Below, in pieces: positions 54,500 to 64,000 of a DNA stretch of 64,000 bases. The DNA is taken from the NCBI GenBank assembly GCA_951406725.2, contig OX597825.1:4154001-4218000 (forward strand), given 5' to 3'. Each line of letters opens with the position of its first letter. The stretch's first letter is position 1. The notes beneath the pieces are model-generated. The model worked only from the letters and a program-made list of their open reading frames with translations. It searched no databases and was not told the DNA's origin. The DNA comes from Octopus vulgaris (Eukaryota). A program made the translations under genes and the position numbers.

Positions 54500-54690
54500 G
54501 TTGATCGCTAGCCACTAAACGCTATTGTGTTTTGTTCTCTCTCTGTTTAATTTCTCGTGTTTCTTACTGATGAAGAGCGTTGGCCCGAAACGTAAAAGGC
54601 TTTCTCACCTTCCCGAGCGATAAACAGATACATCTGTTTGTTTTTTATACACACGTCTTCGTTTTTGTTTGTTTTTTCGTTTTGTTTATT
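54500..54690 (+). mobile_element. Solo Penelope-type pseudo-LTR with minimal hammerhead motif (copy 2)
   Basis: CTTA-CTGATGA-AGAGCGTTGGCCC-GAAACGTA-AAAG at 54563-54598; canonical CUGAUGA/GAAA/GUA core with slightly eroded helices. Confidence 0.72.
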
Positions 54691-55020
54691 GCAACTATAC
54701 ACACACACACATATATATATATGCGCACATACATACAGTTATATATAACGTATAATTATAATTGGAAAATTTTAGCCATTCTTCTGCAAACAGTAAAAGC
54801 ATTTATGAACAAGCTTAATCAATTTTCGAATGTTGTTGGGTTCTCGTCAGAGGCGTCGACACCATTCTGACAGTCTCCAGAGAAAGAAGCAGCCAGATGA
54901 TTATACACTCAACAAATGCAGCAGTTACTCTATGAAGAAGTCCTAAATTTGCATACAGAAAATGTCTAACACTATAAATACCAGTGGCCTGTCAGTGGGA
55001 ATCTTAGTTCACACAGTTTC

Positions 55021-55084
<64 letters not shown>

Positions 55085-55672
55085 TATACACAGAGAGGGA
55101 AAGAGAGAGAGAGAGAGACTGACTGACAGAGAGAGAAAGAGAGGGAATGATAGATAGTTCTGTATACACAAACAGCATGTATTTATACATACACATACAC
55201 ACAGAGAGAAACAATAAAAGGAGAGTGTGATAGAATGAAAGAGAGAGAGAGAGATTTCGGAGAGTAATATGAATAGATATGCTTAAGCTTCTAACGCGAG
55301 AATATTACGTTAATCTCTTTGTCACCAATATTTATCTCTAGAATCGAAAATGTCAAAGAATTAAATTAATTCTGAAGAACTAAGCTAGGCGGAATTATAT
55401 GTCGATCACGTTATATTCAGTAATTAGAATTCCCTAATAAATCAATAATCAGAATGGCAATTGACAAGTGTTTGCATAAGAAAGAATAATAAGTGTATCT
55501 TAGTTAACATGCGATATAAATTCTTGATTTATTGAAATTATCTGTTGTTCCAGTGGGGGTAGAGCAGCGGTTTTATGCCATTTGTTAGTATCTCTTACAA
55601 AGTATGTATTTATATCGATGTGTATATGTATGCATACATTTGAATGGGCAGAGGGACAAGAGAGAGATATGC

Positions 55673-55712
<40 letters not shown>

Positions 55713-55994
55713 GATATCTAGAAATTAGTCTTCATCTTCTTCTTCTTCTTCTTCTTCTTCTTCTTCTTCTTCTTCTTCTTCTTCTTCTTCTTCTTCTTCT
55801 TCTTCTTCTTCTCCTCCTCCTCTTCCTTCTTCTCTTACGAGAATTCACAACGACCTCGAAACCGCAAGAGTAAAAAAGAGCGACAGAGACAGACAGAAAC
55901 AAGGAACAGACCCCTTGTATTTGAATGCTATGCAGATATTCTTTTTTACAGTCTTTTCATTTATTTTTTCCAAAATTTAATTATTTTCCGTACT

Positions 55995-56034
55995 TAAAGT
56001 TGAAAAAGTTTCAATGACTGAAACCGGTACTATA
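55995..56034 (+). ncRNA. Degenerate minimal hammerhead-like motif
   Basis: TAAAG-TTGAAAA-AGT TTCAATG ACT-GAAA-CCGGTA-CTATA: helix II AGT/ACT, palindromic ACCGGT, GUA triplet; core differs from CUGANGA at two positions. Confidence 0.4.
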
Positions 56035-56129
56035 GTTTTTTTTTGTATGATAAAATTGTTTTAGCATTTTCTACCAGGACTTATTCTTCTATAATATATA
56101 TATATATATATATATAGATAGATAGATAG

Positions 56130-56160
<31 letters not shown>

Positions 56161-56253
56161 CGTATAGATATATGTATAAATATACATATATATGTGTATA
56201 TACACATATATATGTATATATATATACATATATATACATGTATACACACACTG

Positions 56254-56317
<64 letters not shown>

Positions 56318-56387
56318 CAGTGTGTGTATAGTATATATATATATATATATATATATAGTGTATATGTATATATATATGTATATATAT

Positions 56388-56428
<41 letters not shown>

Positions 56429-56429
56429 A

Positions 56430-56519
<90 letters not shown>

Positions 56520-56642
56520 AGTGATGAATTGGTTCCGACCAAATGGTCTTATCTCCAACCGTGCTTTTTTCTGCTGTGATTTTTGCTACCCAGGTATCAA
56601 ACTTTTGAATAATCTGTAACAAGAAAATTCATCTTTCTATTT

Positions 56643-56728
<86 letters not shown>

Positions 56729-57019
56729 ATGTATATGAGGATTATTTAATACACTTTTAGAAGTGTAAAAGTGACTAATTTGTTTTTTATGTTATAAAAC
56801 CTTTTATGAGGATGTTACTAACGTTTTTGAGAACAGTCATTTTTCTTCCTTAGTATGTGAACACCTTCGTTAAACCTTTTGAGACTCACGGACTCTTTAA
56901 GAGGAAGCTGTTATTTTTGTGCTAGTGATAGTATTCTGTCTTATTTTTTTTTTCTAGATCTTAGTTTTTTTGTCATAAATATTATTTTACCATTGTTTGT
57001 TACATGAAGTGTTGGCTAC

Positions 57020-57560
57020 TTTCAGTTTGATTTCAGAATTCTTGTAATGCATTCTTCTCTTGCATTTCATAGTTGTAAACTTGCATCTTTTACTTTGTAA
57101 ATTGGGAATATTTTACATTTTCTGCCAGCAAAGACATCTAGATATTTACTGCCAATCGCTAAGGGAAGAATTACTAATTTATTGTTTATGGACATTTATA
57201 TGACTGGCCAATTTACTTCCTTTCTCTCCAGTGTAGTCTTCATTGCATTGTGATCATGGGATGCAGTAGATAATGTTTTTTTTTTCTTCTAATTCATGTT
57301 TGCGCTCGATTTTAATTCTTTCCTATTCTTAAATATTTGGTTGTCCCTTGCTCAATAAATTTGCATGTCTCACAACGGGGTCTCCACAGTTAGTTACTTG
57401 AATCGTTTCGTTTTCAAATGTGAATCTCGCTTTATCAGGAGTTCCTTGAAGTTAGCTGGTTGATTTTGACTGTTGATAATTTGTGAATTTGTTTTAATTA
57501 TTCGTTGGATATTTGATGATCGATATAGAATTTAGAAGTATCATTTAGCTTAGTTCAGGG
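57020..57560 (-). pseudogene. Penelope-like GIY-YIG endonuclease relic with upstream Cys motif
   Basis: Across frameshifts: IINSQNQPANFKELLIK, CGDP-RCETCKF, NIIYCIP*SQCNEDYTGE, YLDVFAGRKCKIFPIYKV...AREE, matching PLE linker, CxxxxCxxC and GIY-YIG patterns. Confidence 0.75.
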
Positions 57561-57699
57561 TGTTGTGGTTTCTAGGGTTGTGGCCGACTACAAATGAAAT
57601 ATTCGTCTTAGGATTAGACTCTATTCGAACAAATGAAATACTGTACGTACTTTGAAATTAGCTAACTTCCTTTGCACAATTACTATTTTACGCTGATAT

Positions 57700-57764
57700 A
57701 ACTAAGCCAACACTGGTAGTGAAGCGGTGGTGGAGGGCAAGCACACTATACCCACAAATGTAAT

Positions 57765-57846
<82 letters not shown>

Positions 57847-57985
57847 GTACAGCACGGACATCTTTCAGTATCACGTCAACGAAATCCATCCAAAAGGCTT
57901 TGATACACCACACCGTTTCCCTTAATGTGACACTGTGGAACTGAACCTGGAAATTGGACAGTCGCTTTATTACACAGCTACGCGC
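57700..57985 (-). mobile_element. Degenerate SINE family A with expanded internal (TA)n
   Basis: CTTTCAGTATCACGTCAACGAAATCC...AAGGCTTTG...GGAACTGAACC...ACACAGC is the family-A reverse complement; (TA)n at ~57770-57843 lies within it. Confidence 0.6.
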
Positions 57986-58870
57986 TTGTGTGTGTGCCTG
58001 CGTGTGTGTATCCGTGCGTCTATGTCTGCATCCATAATGTGTATACTTGCGTATAAAATTGAAAAAAAAATCTTTTTTTTTACTATAATGCGTTTTATGT
58101 TATCGTGCTTAGACGTTGATATGATTTTATTAGTTGTATGCAAGATATTTCATTACACGTTTTCCTGGCAAGATAATTTTATCTATAATTCGGAATGGCA
58201 GGTTTGTACTTTTAGCTTCTGGTCTACCATTTTATGGCTTGATTTTACCATGCATTTTTACATATTCTGCAGCTGCACCTCTTCATTAAAATATTTTTTG
58301 AATGACCTGTTTAATATGTCCGATGCTTAGAAATTATTTTGATACAGCAGAAGTTTTTATATTACCAGTATATTTCATATTGATTTTGTGTTGCATTTTA
58401 CACAAGTACGCGATTTTATTAGCAAATTTATAACAGGTATTAGGTATTACCCATGATTATCGACTTTAAGTATCGCATTGCAATTGGCAGAGCTGTATAA
58501 TATACCAGCTATAATGATTTCCATTTTAACTCTCAGATATATTTCAATGTAAACTTCGAAATTTTGGAAAACTTGTATTTCAGAGGGAACTGCACTCGCT
58601 TTCATAAATGTCCTATAGATATTAAAGTTAACACTTCAAAGAAGAATAACTCCTTTATATCTATGCAAATTTATCTTTCATCTGCGAGTGCTAGTTGTGT
58701 GCTTTTCCGCCGCAGAACACAATAGTATTCGATACTCACCCGTTGACGGATATATGGAATTAAACGTTCATTTCAAGTATATCTGTGCATGACAGCGCTT
58801 TCATTAAAATTGACATTTCCTTCCAATAAACAGAATTGGTTACAGATGACAATCAGGATGATACATGTGC

Positions 58871-58906
<36 letters not shown>

Positions 58907-58937
58907 CCATTTAGTGGTGTAGGTGGTAGAGTATATT

Positions 58938-59307
58938 AATCAAAATAAAAACATGATGCCAAGGATTCAGCGGTACATATGTTTCGGGCCTTTATTAGAC
59001 GGATTTATAACAATGCATAATGTGTGTCTATGGCCTTCTTCAGCCGCGTACAATTACTGCTTCAAGAACATGTATTACATTATAAGTTTTACGTTGGCGA
59101 TGCAAATCTTCACAGTCGAATACGACAGGGTGGGGCACCAGCACAAATACCAAGCGTCCATCTCGTCTTTCACTTGATGTAGAATCAGTAATTGTACGCG
59201 GTTGAAGAAGGCCATAGACACACATTATGCATTGTTATAAATCAGTCTAATAAAGGCCCGAAACATATGTACCGCTGAATCCTTGGCATCATGTTTTTAT
59301 TTTGATT
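58938..59307. repeat. 122-bp inverted repeat carrying two hammerhead copies; Penelope-type inverted pseudo-LTR near (TA)n
   Basis: Arms 58938-59059 and 59186-59307 differ at about 2 positions; ~126-bp spacer. Confidence 0.92.
58970..59047 (-). ncRNA. Type I hammerhead ribozyme, intact core
   Basis: GCGG-CUGAAGA-AGGCC[long loop]GGCCC-GAAA-CAUAUG-UA-CCGC: helix I GCGG/CCGC, helix II GGCC/GGCC, palindromic helix III ACAUAUGU, GUA cleavage triplet. The mirror copy at 59198-59275 (+) has UUGAAGA. Confidence 0.8.
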
Positions 59308-59425
59308 GATATATATATATAGATAGACAGATAGAGAGAGAGATACATACATACATACATATATATATATATATGTGTGTGTGTAAAATGTACATATAAG
59401 TATGTATACATATATATATATATAA

Positions 59426-59532
<107 letters not shown>

Positions 59533-60485
59533 TATATGAATGTGCACAGTAAGTTTTTGTGACTTATGTGGACAATGTACGATAAGAAGAGTGTTTTAAC
59601 TGTCGTGAGTGGCACACATGGTCCCATATTGAAATGAAAACAAATTTCGAAAACCTGACAGTCACCATACAGCCTGTAGTTTAGCAACTAAATTTACTAA
59701 AGATGCGGATAAATATCAGAGAATGCAATGAAAAGAAAATCTAAAGAAGACTATAAATGAATCATTGATTAAGCGATGTTTATTACATAACTTACAAACC
59801 CATAAACCTGCTAATCTTTAGTTCGTTTTACGTTGAAGTTGTTGATATTGAGGCGTGGAGATGAGTAAATAATTCATCAACTGAACTGCAACAAGATGGC
59901 CAGTCCAAAAAAAAAAAAAAAAGATTATCAAATGACCCAGGCAGTCGCCTTTAACTGAAGCAAGATGAGTTTGTTGTCAAATGACGTTTAGTCGAAGGCG
60001 CAATATGATAGATAGAGGGTGTAGTTTAGGAAGCGAAAGAAGCATAAGAGAATCTCAGGTGAGAAAATAAAATTCTTTTACATTTTGCGTCAGGAGTATA
60101 ACAGGAGACAAAACGCCAATAGCATATATGTTTTTGACAGGTAACATAAATGAAATATAGGAGCATCGGGACGAGGGAGGAACAAGCTATGCAAAGAGTA
60201 ATAAACGCCGCGTATAGAATTAATGTGAGCAAAACTATAGATAAAACGGTAAATGATCAAAGAATATCAAAATATTAAAAATTCAAAAGGCTTTAGAGTG
60301 CGACAGAATGATTATAAACAGCTAACAGCGAATGACTGCACCTACCCCAACGGAAAATATTTTCAAAGGGGTAAAATAGGCAAGATGAATATACGAAGAT
60401 CGCATACCGCAGTAAATAATTTATAAAATTTACTTTTTAAAATTTTGTGTACATACGTAAACCTGCTTTCTGCATTTAGAAACAC

Positions 60486-60542
<57 letters not shown>

Positions 60543-60666
60543 TAACTAGCTACGTTAATAAATGGAATGGTAGATAGATAGACAACGAGAGATATAGAGG
60601 TATACATAAATAATTTATAGACAGATGCACAGATAAGACAGATGAGTAGTTAGCTCGTCGATCGAT

Positions 60667-60793
<127 letters not shown>

Positions 60794-61502
60794 TAGATAG
60801 ATAAACAGACAGACAAGCAGACAGGCAGACTCTGGGATAGAGGGATAGATATGTAAATTGATTGAGAGATGGATAGGCAGACAGGAAGTTTGCTAGCTAG
60901 CTAGTTAGCTAGATAGGTCAGATATGAGATACAGAAATAACTTTCGATATATGTTTCTCGACGACAATTCCCACAACGGGATATTGGAGGTTGGCTTACG
61001 AACGTATATATCACTGCGGGTATTCAAAGTTTATACAAATTGATTGTTATAGCGGGAGCTTATCTATGTAATAATACATTTTGCTTTTACGATGCCTCTA
61101 TTCTTTGAACATTATACAGCAGCATATTAATACGTCTCATCTTCAAATACTCGATGAAGTTTGAGATATTTTAGCGTCGATATTACGATATTTCAGAATT
61201 TGTATTTGATTTAGAAAAGTTGAAATCTGTGATGTTCCATATAAAATGTAACGCGGAACAGAGCATGTTTTTGGCGATAACAAAAGACACATATGCAAAT
61301 GCGTATATAGGCATATAACTACACACACACACACATACACACACACACAAAGATACATATACACATATATATAGAGAGGGAGATAAATAAATAGAAAAAT
61401 ACGTAGATCTCGATTTCTCTATATACACAAACACACACACATATATATGCATATATATATATGTATATATATATATCTATATATATATATGTATATATTA
61501 TA

Positions 61503-61962
61503 TAAGGATATTATTTACAACAATATAAGTGGCTTACCATGCGTAAAAATCCATAAAGGTAAATGATAAGTAATTATTAGTGAAGCGTTGTAGAGACAGT
61601 ACCAGCATGCTAATATAGCAGTAAGAGAGCATTAAGATCACAATTTTTTTACTAAAACATAAAGATGAAATCGAGGGAATGGTAAAAGTAAGCTTAAGAC
61701 CTCATACAAACGACGAAAAAATAACAGTTATTTCAAACATTGAAAAAACGTCAGTTAATTATCCTCAGCGCGTCTTACTGTTCTTCTACCATAAAACTTT
61801 CCCATCTCAACAAATATGTGCGTTTCATAATGCCGCAGCAAAATTGAAAAGGTGATCCAAGTGAATAAAAAGTGTAAAAATCATAAGGATATTGTTTACA
61901 AGAATGTCAGTGGCTTAACATGCGTAAATAAACAAAGTTAAATCATTATTAATTATTAATGA
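61503..61962. repeat. Diverged ~80-bp direct repeats 381 bp apart (pseudo-LTR-like)
   Basis: TAAGGATATT.TTTACAA.AAT...AGTGGCTTA.CATGCGTAAA...AAAG.TAAAT.AT..TAATTATTA.TGAA at 61503 and 61884. Confidence 0.65.
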
Positions 61963-62171
61963 ACGTGTATATCTGGCTTTTCAATTTACGATTTGGATTT
62001 TTCCGTCATTTTTATGGGATCTTCAGGTTATTTTTGGCCATTCCCCAGATCTCACCTTTGTGTTTTAGTGGAACTTTATGGTCTTAATTCCCTTCTGACT
62101 ACTATTTTAGCATGCTGGTTGTGTCTCTACAACTCTTCATTAATAATTTAGATATATATGTATATATATAA

Positions 62172-62377
62172 CGGGAAGGTTTGCGAAAATAAGCAAAAGA
62201 CGAAGGCAGGTGGAGTACAAACAAGCAAATGTATTAGTAAGGCGCTCAGGAATAAAAATAGAACAAGTCTTTTACATTTCGAGCCTACGCTCTTCGACAG
62301 AAAGATACACAGAAGAGAAACAAGGAGAGAAACAAGGAGAGAAAAATGCGTGTAGGAGCTAATGGTCTATCATGGCG
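62172..62377 (-). mobile_element. Solo Penelope-type pseudo-LTR with minimal hammerhead-like motif (copy 3), in (TA)n
   Basis: Minus strand TCTTT-CTGTCGA-AGAGCGTAGGCTC-GAAATGTA-AAAGA; helix I TCTTT/AAAGA, helix II GAGC/GCTC. Confidence 0.72.
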
Positions 62378-63102
62378 TTATATATATATTCGTAATGAGA
62401 TAATAAAAAAAAACCAAGGCTGTATAGATTTTAGAACATTTGTAGATAGGAGGTCTTCTATCTGTTTCCACGATATTTATTATATCCCTTCAACAGAGAC
62501 GGTGTGAGAGGATGGTTAAGTAATAGTTAATTTAGATAAGATACAAAATAGACAGTGAGGTGGAGGAAAGAAAATAGATGTGAGATATGTAGGGATTTTG
62601 TGTAGATCCATTTTTAGGCAGAATGCTATACATATAGGGTTAACATTACCTTATGAGTAAAATCCAATAGTATTTAAATTGGTCATTCGAAGGATAGAGT
62701 TTATACACAGCTATTAAATCAAGGGCTTTATTTAAAGTGACCTAAAAATAGGGAGTGTATTAGTAGGGACAGATCAAAAACTGGAAGAGAAGGATAGAGA
62801 AAAAGAAAAGGAGAGAAAAAAAGAGAAAAAGAGAGAAGAAAGTAAGAAGAAAATTATAAAATAATAAAATGATAAAAGGTATAAAAAAAACAGGAAGAAA
62901 GAAAGGGAAGAAAGAAAACAATAAAGATATAGATAAGGAAAAGTGTACGAGTTAGTGGTCAGTGGAGATAATTTGAAAGCAGGAGTGGGGAGATAAAGGG
63001 TGATAGAGAGAGAAAGGTATTAAAGTGTTTAAAATGAAGGAATGTGGGGGTTATAAAAGGCAAAGGAGTGACAAATGTGTCACGATAGAGTCTAAGTGAT
63101 GG

Positions 63103-63156
<54 letters not shown>

Positions 63157-63690
63157 GTAGTAAGGAATGAAGAATTTAGGAATTTCGATGGTTTGGCTGG
63201 TCAGTGCTTAGTAATATAATAGAAAATATATATGTGAAAATGTATACAGATGTATATATTAGACATGTATATATATATATATAAAGTTAATCCAAACATG
63301 AAATATATATATATACAGATGTTTATCCATATCCATATCTACACATATAACTCTTACTCGTATCTCTGTGCACACGTGCGTACCCACCTGCATGTATTTT
63401 CGCCCCTGTATACGCAGTTATATATAAATTGTGTACATACGTACATTCGCACATACACACATACATACATATAAGAGCATATAGACGTTGGGGGTGGGGG
63501 GAACCAGAGCGACCTGTCTCAAGTGCAACTGCCCTTAAACGGTACTTGACTGAGGAAAGAACGCCTTTTTCTTTTACTTTCCTTTTAATTGTTGTTTCTC
63601 TCGTCTGCCCTTGTATCGTCTATCCATCCGAATGTTTTATTGTCCTCTATTGCGTTTTTGTTCCATATATGTGTGTGTGTGTGTGTGTGT

Positions 63691-63770
63691 GGAGGCGCAG
63701 TGGCCCAGTCACTAGGGCAGCGGACATCCGGTCGTAGGATCGCGGTTTCGATACCCAGATCGGGCGTTGT
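63691..63770 (+). mobile_element. SINE family C, tRNA-like head only
   Basis: GGAGGCGCAGTGGCCCAGTCACTAGGGCAGCGGACATCCGGTCGTAGGATCGCGGTTTCGATACCCAGA. Confidence 0.8.
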
Positions 63771-64000
63771 CAGTGTAATTACCAATCGTATGTATAACGT
63801 TTTTTTGTGTTTTCCTTAAATGGCTTATAAACACATTCCACGATGCAATTGTTTTCGTTCCAGCACCCGATCTCTGATCAGGTCATTTGCTATGGAAGTA
63901 CATCTCCGTAAGGTATATATATATATATATATTTAAAAATAAGGATAAAATCTTTATAAGAAATTATCAGTAGTTACCGTGAAAAACCTCGTAAGAGAAA

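Noticed and set aside
63691-63770. tRNA gene (also 9801 and 21830-21906)
   Set aside because: A/B boxes are present but the cloverleaf is degenerate and the other copies continue into a SINE body.

Overview
Eukaryotic, very AT-rich, microsatellite-saturated DNA with no host exon, rRNA or genuine tRNA that I can support. The SINE families resemble those I recall from octopus genomes, so a coleoid cephalopod origin is an inference. Nearly all short ORFs in the track are translations of (TA)n/(CA)n/(ATT)n repeats. The real content is retroelements. (1) A 5'-truncated CR1-group LINE with an intact 1005-aa APE+RT ORF2 sits inside a (TA)n tract (39107-42340). (2) An L1/Tx1-type element (32479-35560) splits a tRNA-derived SINE with a 9-bp TSD; it appears to carry an in-frame deletion joining the ORF1 N-terminus to the RT, with no endonuclease. 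(3) Penelope-like RT and GIY-YIG relics occur with many pseudo-LTR cassettes carrying hammerhead-ribozyme motifs and fold-back inverted repeats, mostly embedded in (TA)n. (4) There are three tRNA-head SINE families plus mariner and Helitron relics. The best candidate for an undescribed system is a Tx1-LINE/SINE partnership. One SINE tail is 25/26 identical to the Tx1 3' end. That tail also occurs alone as a 24-nt insertion with an 18-bp TSD. Copies carrying it sit inside the tRNA head of other SINE copies, giving two head-to-tail trimers, each enclosed by a single TSD. Coordinates were read by eye and may be off by a few bases; family assignments come from motif recognition, not database searches.
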